Virus record (IMG/VR): IMGVR_UViG_3300032331_003609
Location: 1 to 64,000 of that record
DNA length: 64,000 nt
Reading direction: 5' to 3' (one strand)
Shown here: piece after piece, positions 35,969-45,893 of the stretch
Layout of the letters: each line of letters starts with the position of its first letter
How positions within the stretch are numbered: the stretch's first letter is position 1
Translations under genes and position numbers: made by a program
The notes under the pieces: generated by a model
The model's database searches: none
Seen by the model: the letters and a program-made list of their open reading frames with translations, nothing else
What the model was told of the DNA's origin: nothing

Positions 35969-36523
35969 ATGATTTTAGAGAAAGAAGATTTTTTATCAGA
36001 ACAAGACTGTAAAGACCTGATAGAATTAGCGCAACCCCAGCTTTTTAAAACGACAACACTAGGTAAACCTGTAGACGGATACAGAACAGCAGAAGGTGCT
36101 TGGCTTACTCCAACCCATGATGTTGTTTGTAAATTTAGATGTGCAGTTTCTGAGCTAATTGGAATACCAGAAGAAAACATGGAAGGAACCCACGTTGTTA
36201 AGTATGAAATAGGAGGAGAGTATAAGGTTCATCATGATTTTTTCCATCCTAATGAGGGTTATTACGACAACGAGGTAACTAAAAGGGGAGGTCAAAGAGT
36301 TAAGACTGCTTTGGTGTATCTTAATGAAGGGTACAAAGGTGGATCCACGGATTTCCCACAAATGGAAAGAACGATAACACCCAAAATGGGAAAATTGGTA
36401 GTGTGGGATAATACAAATCAAGACGGAACATTAGATTTCACAAGCATGCATGCAGGACTTCCTGTCGAGGAAGGAATCAAATATATTGCAGTTATCTGGG
36501 TCAGGGAAAATAAATTCAGATAA
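35969..36523 (+). CDS. prolyl 4-hydroxylase-like 2OG-Fe(II) oxygenase
   Basis: YRTAEGAWL, YKVHHDFF, GGQRVKTALVYLN, GGSTDFP, HAGLPVEEGIKY. Confidence 0.9.
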   Translation: MILEKEDFLSEQDCKDLIELAQPQLFKTTTLGKPVDGYRTAEGAWLTPTHDVVCKFRCAVSELIGIPEENMEGTHVVKYEIGGEYKVHHDFFHPNEGYYDNEVTKRGGQRVKTALVYLNEGYKGGSTDFPQMERTITPKMGKLVVWDNTNQDGTLDFTSMHAGLPVEEGIKYIAVIWVRENKFR

Positions 36524-36575
36524 ACATTTTTTTACTGCACATACTATTTTTACATTTGTAAAAAATTACCATCTT

Positions 36576-36998
36576 TTGGGTCACGACATAACAGCAACAG
36601 CAAAAAAATCAGGCGAGAGATTATCCTATATTAGTATAGGGGCGTTCAATCAGTGCAAATCATGGATCCTATATGAATCCTTAAACTGCAACGAATTCAA
36701 TGCTGGTGTTTCCGGAAACGGAGGATCTAAAGTAATTTCAGAGACCGATATAAAAACGTCTCTTTCCAAATTTAGGTATCTTGCTGGAGAGCCATCCCAC
36801 GAGATGGAATCTGCAGTATCATCATATAAACCCTGCAATTCAGCATCTGGTGTATTAAAAAAGGTATTAACCTCCTTAGGGTATAAACCTAGCAGGGAAG
36901 ATATAAGGGTTACCCCCGATCCAGAGTCACTTGCTGACGTTGAAAGATTCTTAAAAGATATACAGGAATATGGGGAAATAGTAATAGATTTCCTCTAA
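36576..36998 (+). CDS. hypothetical protein
   Basis: TTG start (MGHDITA) chosen downstream of TACATTTG. Confidence 0.6.
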   Translation: MGHDITATAKKSGERLSYISIGAFNQCKSWILYESLNCNEFNAGVSGNGGSKVISETDIKTSLSKFRYLAGEPSHEMESAVSSYKPCNSASGVLKKVLTSLGYKPSREDIRVTPDPESLADVERFLKDIQEYGEIVIDFL

Positions 36999-37083
36999 AC
37001 CTCCGTTTTTACCCCATTTTTGAAACCTTTTTGTTTAATTGTACTATAATATGTATATTTTAAACAAACTAAATTTAACAAAA

Positions 37084-37275
37084 ATGGCAAAAGCTACAAA
37101 AAACAAAAACATGGTACCTGTTGTACAAATGACACCAGGGGGAAGAAAACTTAAGAAGTATTCTTCAATTCGCGAAGCAGCAGCATCAACTGGTGCAGAT
37201 CCAAGTAACATTTCAAAAGTTACTAGAGGAGTTTATAAAACTGCAGGTGGATTCCGCTGGCAAACTTCAAAGTAG
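37084..37275 (+). CDS. stand-alone NUMOD1 DNA-binding domain protein
   Basis: VVQM...KKYSSIREAAASTG...SNISKV...KTAGGFRW. Confidence 0.8.
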   Translation: MAKATKNKNMVPVVQMTPGGRKLKKYSSIREAAASTGADPSNISKVTRGVYKTAGGFRWQTSK

Positions 37276-37285
37276 TTTAAACTTA

Positions 37286-37321
37286 AATACAGGACTTCAT
37301 TATTTTTTGGAGTCCTGTATT
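37286..37321 (+). terminator. stem-loop terminator
   Basis: AATACAGGACT/AGTCCTGTATT 11-bp stem. Confidence 0.7.
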
Positions 37322-37338
37322 GTTTACATCAGAATCAA

Positions 37339-38037
37339 ATGATATACGATTTTCACGGTAATTTTTCAGAGATCTATCCTATACCTAAGGATTCATTAAA
37401 ATCCCCGGATAGAGACAAATGGGGATATTACTGGGATTTTGAAGATTATTTAATAGAGAATGAGTCAGGGAGAGGGCTATCTCTACAAGGAATTCTTTTA
37501 TCGAACCCTAATGATTTTGAATTATTTTCAGGTTTATTTCAGAGAGCATTTAGAATGTCAACTATAAATGCAAAGCTGAAAAATTTCCATGTTGTAAATT
37601 TTAAAGATTTTATAGATTCATCAGAATTTGAATCCTCATACGTGAAGGAATCTGTTGAAGTTTTAAGCTCTGAGGTGGATCAAAAAATAGAAAGAATGAA
37701 TAATCTATTTAGTGAAATTAAGAACTTAATCAAAAGAAGAAACGGGGTATGGATATCGCTTTGCCCATATTCGACGGATCTAATTCACGAGGAGATCCAA
37801 AAATTCTGGGGTGAAGATATATTTGTTTTAAGACTTCCTGTTGAATATTCCCCGATGAACTACAAAGGGCTCTGGGAAGAGCTTGACACCTTAGGAGGTA
37901 TGAAATTTGACAAGGATATGATGTGGGAGGACTTTTCCTACATGTATCCAGAATATGTCAAATATATGGATCAAGGGATAAGCAAAAGAATAGACACAGG
38001 ATTTCTTGGAACAAGTTCAGAATACGGACTGTTGTAA
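37339..38037 (+). CDS. hypothetical protein
   Basis: 232-aa ORF. Confidence 0.7.
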   Translation: MIYDFHGNFSEIYPIPKDSLKSPDRDKWGYYWDFEDYLIENESGRGLSLQGILLSNPNDFELFSGLFQRAFRMSTINAKLKNFHVVNFKDFIDSSEFESSYVKESVEVLSSEVDQKIERMNNLFSEIKNLIKRRNGVWISLCPYSTDLIHEEIQKFWGEDIFVLRLPVEYSPMNYKGLWEELDTLGGMKFDKDMMWEDFSYMYPEYVKYMDQGISKRIDTGFLGTSSEYGLL

Positions 38038-38242
38038 AAGAAAGGATAGATACAGTAAGATGGGAGGGATATAGCATTGGTTGGACTGCTATTTAACAAT
38101 CAGTTAGGTGATTTTTAATGAATGTTTTATCCTAAAAATTTCCATCTACCTCAAATTTATTGACTGTCATAATAGTATTTGAACCAAAAATACGGGGATT
38201 GCTATAAATAATGGCCTTTAAGAGGTTTATATAAAATAATAA

Positions 38243-38680
38243 ATGGAAGAGAAAGAATTAGGAGGGGCTGGAATAGCTACCACAGAAAGGGATGAAAGTG
38301 CAGAACTGTCACAAGAAAATGGATCAAGCAGAGGAAAATTAACAGATTTAGACGTTGCTAAGAAAATGATCAATTTAAAACAGAGTGCAGATGCTAGAAA
38401 CATTAAATTTGATTTATCATTTACTACATTAAAGAAATTAATGGAGCAAAAGAAATGTTTTTACACAGGAAGAACATTGGATCCTAGAGGAGATTATGCC
38501 TTAAGCATAGATAGGATCGATAATAAATTGGGATATCTTGAGGGCAATGTTGTTTCATGTACAGTGGAAATAAACAGAAAAAAAACTGACATTACCCTGG
38601 ATGAAATAGAAATGATCTATAAAGCTATAAAGAAAGCTAAGAAAGGAATTTTCGAGTCAGAAGATAATGGAGATAACTAG
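38243..38680 (+). CDS. HNH/His-Me finger nuclease-like protein
   Basis: CFYTG...SIDRIDNKLGYLEGNVVSC...NRKK. Confidence 0.7.
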   Translation: MEEKELGGAGIATTERDESAELSQENGSSRGKLTDLDVAKKMINLKQSADARNIKFDLSFTTLKKLMEQKKCFYTGRTLDPRGDYALSIDRIDNKLGYLEGNVVSCTVEINRKKTDITLDEIEMIYKAIKKAKKGIFESEDNGDN

Positions 38681-39089
38681 AGAAAATATTGAAAAATCAT
38701 TTTTGGATATGCTAGGATTAATTCCTGGTGAAATGTTATTTGAATCCCTCTGGAATCATTTTGTTGATCGGGGGGATTTTAATAATGTTATCCTGCTTGA
38801 TGGAAAGCCTCTCTATAATAACGACGGATATCACATAAAGCCTATTTACTTAGACCCAGATGCTAGCGATAGTGTATATGACATATTTTATACTCCCAAC
38901 GAGATTCCTGATAATTTCAGAAAGAAAATAGGGAATTATTATCTCATTACTGGTAAAATAAGATTTATGGACGATTTAGCTTCCGATCTCATAGTGTATG
39001 CAAGAAGAAAGAATAAGAATGGGGAATGGAAGAAATCCCACAATCAATTATTAGTTTATAAGATAAGACCTAAAGAAGAAGAAGAATAG
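38667..39089 (+). CDS. hypothetical protein
   Basis: ORF overlapping the upstream stop. Confidence 0.65.
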   Translation: MEITRENIEKSFLDMLGLIPGEMLFESLWNHFVDRGDFNNVILLDGKPLYNNDGYHIKPIYLDPDASDSVYDIFYTPNEIPDNFRKKIGNYYLITGKIRFMDDLASDLIVYARRKNKNGEWKKSHNQLLVYKIRPKEEEE

Positions 39090-39093
39090 TAAT

Positions 39094-39465
39094 ATGAATA
39101 CTTCAGACATTAATTTAAAAAATGCGAGGATTATTCTAGATTGGTGCTACCAAAATCTGGGTGGTTCAAAGTACAGGCCATATTCTAAACTTAAAGTCTC
39201 AATATCAAGAAGTATCAATTGCAGAGGTCTATACGAAGAAGATAGTGACTCTAGCATAATATACGTCAACCCAAAAAGACATAGAAGTTTTAACGAGTTT
39301 ATAGATACAATGATACATGAGTATATTCATTTTTTACAAAGTCTAAGATATTATGACCAGATCATGGAAATAACAGGGTATGACAAACATCCGATGGAGC
39401 ATACATCAAATCTTGTTGCGTACATACTTAAGTACAAATGCAGAAAAGAGCTTTTTCCCAACTAA
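39094..39465 (+). CDS. SprT-like HExxH metalloprotein
   Basis: TMIHEYIHFLQ...HPME. Confidence 0.65.
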   Translation: MNTSDINLKNARIILDWCYQNLGGSKYRPYSKLKVSISRSINCRGLYEEDSDSSIIYVNPKRHRSFNEFIDTMIHEYIHFLQSLRYYDQIMEITGYDKHPMEHTSNLVAYILKYKCRKELFPN

Positions 39466-39517
39466 TTTTTTTATACCGCTAAATTCCCTTATATTTACTT
39501 TCTAAAAGTAATAATTT

Positions 39518-39934
39518 ATGGAAATAAAGGGGAAGCAATGGTCATCCGAGGAGATAAAGTTCCTTAGAGATAATTACGAGCAAATGGGGTTTAAAGATCT
39601 GTCAGGAAGCTTAGAAAGAAGTATAGAAAGTATTAGATCTAAATTGAAAAGAATGGGACTTTCTAAAGAGTCAAAAATCCCTGCCAGCCCAAAAAATTCT
39701 ATCATAGTAAAAAGTCCTATAGGAAAAGCTGCTAAACCTGCACATAAGGGTGGAAGGCCTCCAAAGGTTAGAAAGCAATTCGAGACCCTGAATCATGACA
39801 CCAAAAAGATGATACGGGTAATTATTGATTCAAAAACGACTATTTATATTAAGGAAGGTGAAGATCCTGAATTAGCTAGAGAAAAATATTTCACTAGAAT
39901 GGCAGAGAGAACCCAGCCTATTGTTCATTTTTAA
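39518..39934 (+). CDS. Myb/SANT-like HTH protein with AT-hook-like motif
   Basis: WSSEEIKFLRDNY...RSIESIRSKLKRMGL; KGGRPPK. Confidence 0.65.
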   Translation: MEIKGKQWSSEEIKFLRDNYEQMGFKDLSGSLERSIESIRSKLKRMGLSKESKIPASPKNSIIVKSPIGKAAKPAHKGGRPPKVRKQFETLNHDTKKMIRVIIDSKTTIYIKEGEDPELAREKYFTRMAERTQPIVHF

Positions 39935-39965
39935 TTTACGAGATATTTCTGTATTCTTACATTAT

Positions 39966-40307
39966 ATGAAGGTCTATCACATTTCGCCTAAGAGTTTAAG
40001 AAAATACATTTTAAAAGAAGGATTAAAACCCAGCTTAGGTCCTAGATCTAAGAGATTCGGGGAAAATGAAGAAAAGCTTTTTTTCACAAAAGAATTAAAA
40101 CATTCTATTGATCTTTCAAAAAATAAAAGATTTAATAGACACCCGGATTTTTCTAAAGGACTAGACATATGGGAAATAAAATTATCAGATAAAACTAAAA
40201 TAGAAAATGATATGAAATTTAACGATGGATTTTATACCAAAGAAATTATAGGAGCTCTTGATATAGAGCTAGTTAAATCGTTTGAATGGATGGATCACCA
40301 AAATTAA
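39966..40307 (+). CDS. ADP-ribosyltransferase / Tpt1-fold-like protein
   Basis: VYHIS...ILKEGLKP...LFFT, typical of the ART/KptA NAD-binding fold. Confidence 0.55.
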   Translation: MKVYHISPKSLRKYILKEGLKPSLGPRSKRFGENEEKLFFTKELKHSIDLSKNKRFNRHPDFSKGLDIWEIKLSDKTKIENDMKFNDGFYTKEIIGALDIELVKSFEWMDHQN

Positions 40308-40311
40308 TATT

Positions 40312-40545
40312 ATGGCTAGCTGGATAAAACATAATGATATTATTATTAATCTTAGTAATGTTTTCTTTTATGAAAAAAAGACTTTCGAAAGAAGACTAGA
40401 TGGCGGAAAGGCCAAAACAGTATATTCGATACAATTCGATTCTACGGGTAATAATTACACCTCTTTAGAATTTGATTCGGAGGAGGAAAGAGAAAAATGC
40501 ATGTCTAGATTAGGGGATAAGACCGGACCCGAAACTTTGGTATGA
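40312..40545 (+). CDS. hypothetical protein
   Basis: ORF. Confidence 0.55.
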   Translation: MASWIKHNDIIINLSNVFFYEKKTFERRLDGGKAKTVYSIQFDSTGNNYTSLEFDSEEEREKCMSRLGDKTGPETLV

Positions 40546-40579
40546 TCTTTTAATATAATAAAGCATATAACATGCTGAA

Positions 40580-40945
40580 TTGAAAAGATCAGAACACTAC
40601 AGGGATTACCCCCAACCAGTATCGGAATTAACAGAAAAATTATTGGACGGATTAGAGGAAGAAAAATTCTTCGAGACAGAGCATGCTGATTATAATATCA
40701 CTTTCCGAAGATTTGCTGATGCTTCTTTGAAAAAATGGATCAAAGGAGATAATATGGATGATTTTTCGGAAGACGAATTCTCTCAAATACTTAGATTCTC
40801 TATGGTTGAAACTGATCTTGATAGAATGAGCAAAAAGGGGCTATTAGATTCTATAGAGGATGCCAACGGAGAATCGGTCTATTTCTTAACAGACAAAGGC
40901 AAAAAAGAAGTAGGAAACTTCGTAGGAAAAAAAGAACTACAATAA
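40580..40945 (+). CDS. hypothetical protein (winged-helix-like C-terminus)
   Basis: KKGLLD...VYFLTDKGK. Confidence 0.55.
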   Translation: MKRSEHYRDYPQPVSELTEKLLDGLEEEKFFETEHADYNITFRRFADASLKKWIKGDNMDDFSEDEFSQILRFSMVETDLDRMSKKGLLDSIEDANGESVYFLTDKGKKEVGNFVGKKELQ

Positions 40946-41009
40946 ATTAATTCCCCAGGTTTACTGAAATAAAACTCACTCTTTGTACTAATATAAGGAA
41001 AAGTAAAGA

Positions 41010-41231
41010 ATGAATAATTTATCATGGTCTGGCGAAAGTTCCGAAAAGAAGACCTCAGTTAAAAAAGAAGATCCCAAGAAGAAAAAGATAGATTATAAGA
41101 AAGAGATAGAAGACTTAGAAAAAATCTATCAAAGGATATCAGTGAAGTATGAATTGCATGCACACAGTAAGGTATCTAATGCAATGATTGATATCATGGG
41201 TTCATTGGAGAATTTAAAGAAGTTCGAATAA
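41010..41231 (+). CDS. hypothetical protein
   Basis: ORF. Confidence 0.55.
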   Translation: MNNLSWSGESSEKKTSVKKEDPKKKKIDYKKEIEDLEKIYQRISVKYELHAHSKVSNAMIDIMGSLENLKKFE

Positions 41232-41235
41232 AAAG

Positions 41236-41466
41236 ATGAAGATACCCCATAAAATATCACAAAGCGATATTAAGGCTGCATCTTTGAAGTTTGTTAAAGA
41301 AAGATTTGGATTTACTAACCTGAAATCTGCTGAGAAATATGACTTGGATCTTAGATCACATAGAATATCATACGAAGTAGGTATGATACAAACTATAGAA
41401 AAAATTGGATATAGGAAAGAGGGGAACTCTTACATATATGATACGGAATATAATACATCTAAATGA
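41236..41466 (+). CDS. hypothetical protein
   Basis: ORF, ATGA-coupled to the next gene. Confidence 0.55.
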   Translation: MKIPHKISQSDIKAASLKFVKERFGFTNLKSAEKYDLDLRSHRISYEVGMIQTIEKIGYRKEGNSYIYDTEYNTSK

Positions 41467-41870
41467 GCGAATCAAAGTTCAAAGTTCTTTCAAAAGAAAA
41501 ATTACTTTCATATAGGGAAAGCCACTATCTAACCGTCGGAAGACTTTTAGAATTCATCAAAGAAAATAACATTCCGGAAGATGCTATCGTTGTAGCTCAA
41601 AGAGTGGAAGATATCTATTATGAAACACACAGCTGGGGTGTTTACCAGAAAGAAGGAGAGCATACACATTGGATGAGAAACATGAACGAGAAGATAGATT
41701 CTGGTGTTTTTGATGATAAAGAAAAATTTCCCATGATTACTGAGGAGATGAAAAAGAAATTCACAGAGGATGATATAAATGAAGCAATGGATCAATATCA
41801 TCCAGTTTGGAGTCCGGTTTTGCACAGGGACGATAAAGATGATATACTTTTTTTGGATTTACATTATTAA
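41463..41870 (+). CDS. hypothetical protein
   Basis: ORF. Confidence 0.6.
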   Translation: MSESKFKVLSKEKLLSYRESHYLTVGRLLEFIKENNIPEDAIVVAQRVEDIYYETHSWGVYQKEGEHTHWMRNMNEKIDSGVFDDKEKFPMITEEMKKKFTEDDINEAMDQYHPVWSPVLHRDDKDDILFLDLHY

Positions 41871-41873
41871 TTT

Positions 41874-42602
41874 ATGTCCAAGAAAAAAGTCTGCATAATC
41901 ATACCTGCTAGATTGGGTAGTTCTAGATTTCCTAATAAACCTTTGGTTGATATAGGAGGTAGGAGCATGATACAAAGGGTATATGAAAGATGTAAGGAAT
42001 CATATGCTAACGAAGTAATAGTATCAACGGAAGATCAATTAATATACGATCATGTAAAGAAATTTGGTAAATGCGATTTGACCCCAAAATTTGAAAACGG
42101 AACACTAAGAGTTTGCCACACAGCTTCTTCTTTAATTAACGAATTCAGCCACATCATAAACGTACAAGGCGATGAGCCATTCATAGATCTTGCATTTCTC
42201 AATAGATTTATTAGGGATCTTTCCGACATAACACCAGGAAACGTATTGACAGGTGCTGAGGATAATTCTATATTATCTGAGGCTCAAAGAAAAAATCCAA
42301 ATGCCGTTAAATTTATTTCTGCAAAAGATAAATTTATTTCAGGATTTACCCGAAGTCCATTCTTTGTACATGTAAGCGGAATCTATAAGCACATCGGGGT
42401 ATATGGATTTTGCTCTGAGGATATAGAATCTATATCATTAATGGAGACAACAGAATTATCAAAAAGAGATTCTTTAGAGCAGATAACATGGATGGAAAGA
42501 GGCTTTAATATTAAGTATACTGTCTCTTATAATAAATCCATATCTATAGATACACCAGAGGATTTAAGCTTAGCTACGAGCATCTTTTTATCCAATAAGT
42601 AA
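41874..42602 (+). CDS. kdsB: 3-deoxy-manno-octulosonate cytidylyltransferase (CMP-Kdo synthetase)
   Basis: IPARLGSSRFPNKPL, NVQGDEPFI, YKHIGVYGF, SLEQITW, SIDTPEDL. Confidence 0.9.
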   Translation: MSKKKVCIIIPARLGSSRFPNKPLVDIGGRSMIQRVYERCKESYANEVIVSTEDQLIYDHVKKFGKCDLTPKFENGTLRVCHTASSLINEFSHIINVQGDEPFIDLAFLNRFIRDLSDITPGNVLTGAEDNSILSEAQRKNPNAVKFISAKDKFISGFTRSPFFVHVSGIYKHIGVYGFCSEDIESISLMETTELSKRDSLEQITWMERGFNIKYTVSYNKSISIDTPEDLSLATSIFLSNK

Positions 42603-42630
42603 AGAATTTTTCTTTATATTTAGGATAAAT

Positions 42631-43113
42631 ATGGGAGTGAGAATTTACATAGATCTTGATGGAACTGTATGCGACCTTAAAGGTGCAGTTATTAAATACA
42701 GGGAAAGAAATTCAGATGCTATTGAAAATATCAATTATAAATACCCCTGGTCCATTTCTGGATTTTTTTTAGATCTAGATCCGTTACCATTAGCAATAGA
42801 ATCCGTTAATTTTTTAAATGAGAATCATGACGTCTGGTTCTTGAGCAGACCTTCGTTTAAGAATACAAATTCCTACACAGAAAAAGCAGAATGGGTTAAA
42901 AAACATTTCGGTTATGAAATGCAAAAAAAATTAATACTCTGCGGGGATAAATCATTACTAAAAGGAAAGATACTAATAGACGATGCACAAAATGCTAATC
43001 AAGATAAGTTCGAAGGTATTTGGCTAAAGATAGGATCTGAGCAATATCCAGGATGGGAAAGTATCATAAAAAGGGTTCAAGAAATATCAGAATTAGGGAT
43101 AAATAGCTTATAG
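42631..43113 (+). CDS. 5'(3')-deoxyribonucleotidase (NT5C, HAD)
   Basis: YIDLDGTV, EKAEWVKKHFG, DKSLLKGKILIDD. Confidence 0.85.
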   Translation: MGVRIYIDLDGTVCDLKGAVIKYRERNSDAIENINYKYPWSISGFFLDLDPLPLAIESVNFLNENHDVWFLSRPSFKNTNSYTEKAEWVKKHFGYEMQKKLILCGDKSLLKGKILIDDAQNANQDKFEGIWLKIGSEQYPGWESIIKRVQEISELGINSL

Positions 43114-43122
43114 GATTTACTT

Positions 43123-43428
43123 ATGGCTAGAATGATAAGAAGATTTGATTTTAATTCAGAAGACATCACAGTTGATGCCCTAGTCAGTGTGAAAGATCCA
43201 GAAATAATCTATGAAATTTTAAGAGGTATATTTTACGGTATAGCATCAGGACACGATTCTGTAGATTTATTTGAAATTAGAACAGCTTGCGGTGATCAAA
43301 CCTTCTCTATAGGTAGAAAACAATGGAAAAAAGCTCTAGATAAATGTATGATATCTCTAATAGAAGAGGAAGATTATGAAACATGTTCTGAGATTCAGAA
43401 AGCTTTAGATATAGTTAAGAATATATAA
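43123..43428 (+). CDS. hypothetical protein with UVR-like C-terminal motif
   Basis: LIEEEDYETCSEIQK. Confidence 0.6.
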   Translation: MARMIRRFDFNSEDITVDALVSVKDPEIIYEILRGIFYGIASGHDSVDLFEIRTACGDQTFSIGRKQWKKALDKCMISLIEEEDYETCSEIQKALDIVKNI

Positions 43429-43432
43429 ATCT

Positions 43433-43675
43433 ATGAACCATATTAAAATCTTTGAAGAATACGACCCAAATTATAATCCATATCCTTATAAGGTACTTAA
43501 CCCTGGGCAAATTCAGCACTATCGTCAGGTTTTTAGGCTTAGACAGGCTAAAGACGTTGATTATGCCTGGAAAATATTGGATACAGTAGAGAAGAACGAG
43601 GGTAAGATATCTCTTAAACAATGGAATGTTATCCAAAAGACCTATCATGGTGGAAATTATCCAGTTAATTATTAA
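43433..43675 (+). CDS. hypothetical protein with MNHIKIFEEY tag
   Basis: Shared motif; AATATATAAA upstream. Confidence 0.65.
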   Translation: MNHIKIFEEYDPNYNPYPYKVLNPGQIQHYRQVFRLRQAKDVDYAWKILDTVEKNEGKISLKQWNVIQKTYHGGNYPVNY

Positions 43676-44328
43676 TGAGACATCTATTAGAATATCTTGA
43701 CTTTAGTGATCTTTCAGGCGAAGCTGCAGAAAGGGCAATTCAAAAAATCAGGGAGAAAAAATACGAAGGATCTTATGGAGGTTATGATACTGCGGAAGAT
43801 GCAATAGATGATGATGCATTGTTCGAACCCGATCATCAGGAGATGTCACAAATGTTCGGCGACGACTATTACGAGGATAATGGCAATAATTTTATGATAG
43901 CTAATGATAGAACCGATATAGGTTTTGTTGGGATGCAGGATCAGAACTATTACCTTCACTGTGCAAAGGCTTTAAATGTTACTAATGATAATCTTTTCTT
44001 TAGATGGTTAGGAATACCTACTAGATTTTGGCCATATATTTCTTACACATTTAAAGATAGCAGGGGATCATCTTCTAATACATCTATAGAATTTGCTGCT
44101 GACGAAACATGGGTAATAGATTACCTTGGGGAGGAATCGTTAAAACAATTGGACGACAGTTATTTACCAAAAGCAGAGGAAAAATTCAATAAACACATCA
44201 GGAATATTCTTTTTAAGATATCTGATAGAATAGACGATGCATACGAAGATGATGGTATAATTGATACTATAGAAAGATTCGACCTCAAATTCACCGAAGA
44301 TGGTGAAATAGACACATCCAAAGAATAG
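43675..44328 (+). CDS. acidic hypothetical protein with MRHLLEYLDF tag
   Basis: Tag variant; TAATG-coupled. Confidence 0.65.
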   Translation: MRHLLEYLDFSDLSGEAAERAIQKIREKKYEGSYGGYDTAEDAIDDDALFEPDHQEMSQMFGDDYYEDNGNNFMIANDRTDIGFVGMQDQNYYLHCAKALNVTNDNLFFRWLGIPTRFWPYISYTFKDSRGSSSNTSIEFAADETWVIDYLGEESLKQLDDSYLPKAEEKFNKHIRNILFKISDRIDDAYEDDGIIDTIERFDLKFTEDGEIDTSKE

Positions 44329-44372
44329 CATTTAATAATCTCGGGAAATTATTTTATATTTGTAAGTATAAA

Positions 44373-45128
44373 ATGTTAAACTTAGACCCATTGAGCCAAA
44401 AAGAGATAAATTTTGATAGATTAAAATTGGATCCCAGCGATGGGATTTTAAAAATAACAAAATCCAAAAAATTTAAAGAACTTTCCTATATTGATGTTAA
44501 TCAACACATCGAAGAATCCGTTATTTGGGCAATTAAGAACGAATTTCAGAGTAACGGAAGGACGATTGATAAAGTAATAAGAAATTCAATTATCGGAAAA
44601 CTTGGCGAATTTGTGATCTATCATTTTTTAGATCGTATGGGGTATCTTCCAGCATATCCAGATCTTAGGGTAATAGAAAAAGGAGAGAAGAAGAATGATG
44701 GAGGATACGATCTAAAAATTCTTGATAAGTATTGGATAAATGTAAAAACATCAACCGGTGCATCTAATACGTTGTTATTGAAAAAAGATCATTTCGATTC
44801 TCTAGGAAATTGTGTATATCGAAGGGATCCAAAAGATCCGCCATGTCAATATTTTTTTCTGTGCAGATTAAACCAAGATATCAATAAAATTAAGCTCGAG
44901 AATTGGACCGATGTTGATTACGTTGTTAGTGAATTATCCCAATTGAGATTCGGATGCGACATCCCTGGATTTTTGACGATATCAGATTTCAGAAAAATTA
45001 TCTCAGAGAATATTACAATAGAGTCCGGACAAATGCTAGCAGTCAAAGATTTTAAATTTGATGTTGATACGTATTACTGCCAAGCAGGAAATCTTAGAGA
45101 CATAGAAGAAATTAAAAAACATGATTGA
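44373..45128 (+). CDS. PD-(D/E)xK restriction-endonuclease-like protein
   Basis: GKLGEFVIY, DGGYDL, INVKT. Confidence 0.55.
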   Translation: MLNLDPLSQKEINFDRLKLDPSDGILKITKSKKFKELSYIDVNQHIEESVIWAIKNEFQSNGRTIDKVIRNSIIGKLGEFVIYHFLDRMGYLPAYPDLRVIEKGEKKNDGGYDLKILDKYWINVKTSTGASNTLLLKKDHFDSLGNCVYRRDPKDPPCQYFFLCRLNQDINKIKLENWTDVDYVVSELSQLRFGCDIPGFLTISDFRKIISENITIESGQMLAVKDFKFDVDTYYCQAGNLRDIEEIKKHD

Positions 45129-45825
45129 TATAGTAATACTTAGTTGTTCTGCAAATGATGAATTAAAAAAGCAAACCACCGATTGTCTCGATTCATTATT
45201 CTCCTCAGAAGAGAACTCTGAAGATTTATTTAATGTTATAATACTAGAATCTGATGATTTTGTTAATTGGGATTCATACCCAAATACAAAAACATATAAA
45301 TCTCCTGAACCTTATGGATACCATAAATACATGAACTATGGCAGAAAACTTGGCAACAACGAATACGTCTGCTTATGTAATAACGATCTGATATTTTATA
45401 AAGGATGGGCTTCACACATTCTAGAATTATCCAAAGAGCATTCAGAAATACTTTCATTTTCCCCAATTTGTCCAAGAACACAACCGATGTATGGGATTGG
45501 TTTAAATACTCAGAACTATATTGGATATGAGGTAAGGAAACATATTTCGGGATGGTGCATTTTTCAGAAGAGAAAAATATATGATATTATTGGGGATCTT
45601 GACGAGAGATTTACTCATTGGTTTTCTGATAATGATTATGCTTTAACGCTATACACAAAAAATATATTACACTGTTTAGTTACTCATTCTATAGTAGAGC
45701 ATCATGACAAGAATGTAGGAAAAACCGGACCGGCAGTTTTGAATGAAGATGAGATGTACAGCATGACCAACGGAAGCCAAGATATTTTCACCCAAAAATG
45801 GGATTCATACTTTCCCAATAAATAA
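45121..45825 (+). CDS. glycosyltransferase family 2
   Basis: IDIVILS, CLCNNDLIF (DxD-like), ISGWCIF, DERFTHWFSDND. Confidence 0.8.
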   Translation: MIDIVILSCSANDELKKQTTDCLDSLFSSEENSEDLFNVIILESDDFVNWDSYPNTKTYKSPEPYGYHKYMNYGRKLGNNEYVCLCNNDLIFYKGWASHILELSKEHSEILSFSPICPRTQPMYGIGLNTQNYIGYEVRKHISGWCIFQKRKIYDIIGDLDERFTHWFSDNDYALTLYTKNILHCLVTHSIVEHHDKNVGKTGPAVLNEDEMYSMTNGSQDIFTQKWDSYFPNK

Positions 45826-45893
45826 TTCAATTTTTCCCCCATTTATTGAAAATCTAAAGGGATTTTGATCTATAGTATTTAATATAGATTTTG

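Noticed and set aside
38040-38240. ncRNA in the intergenic gap
   Set aside because: Only short stems (ATAGCA/TGCTAT, AGGATA/TATCCT) and no repeated motif; compatible with chance in AT-rich DNA
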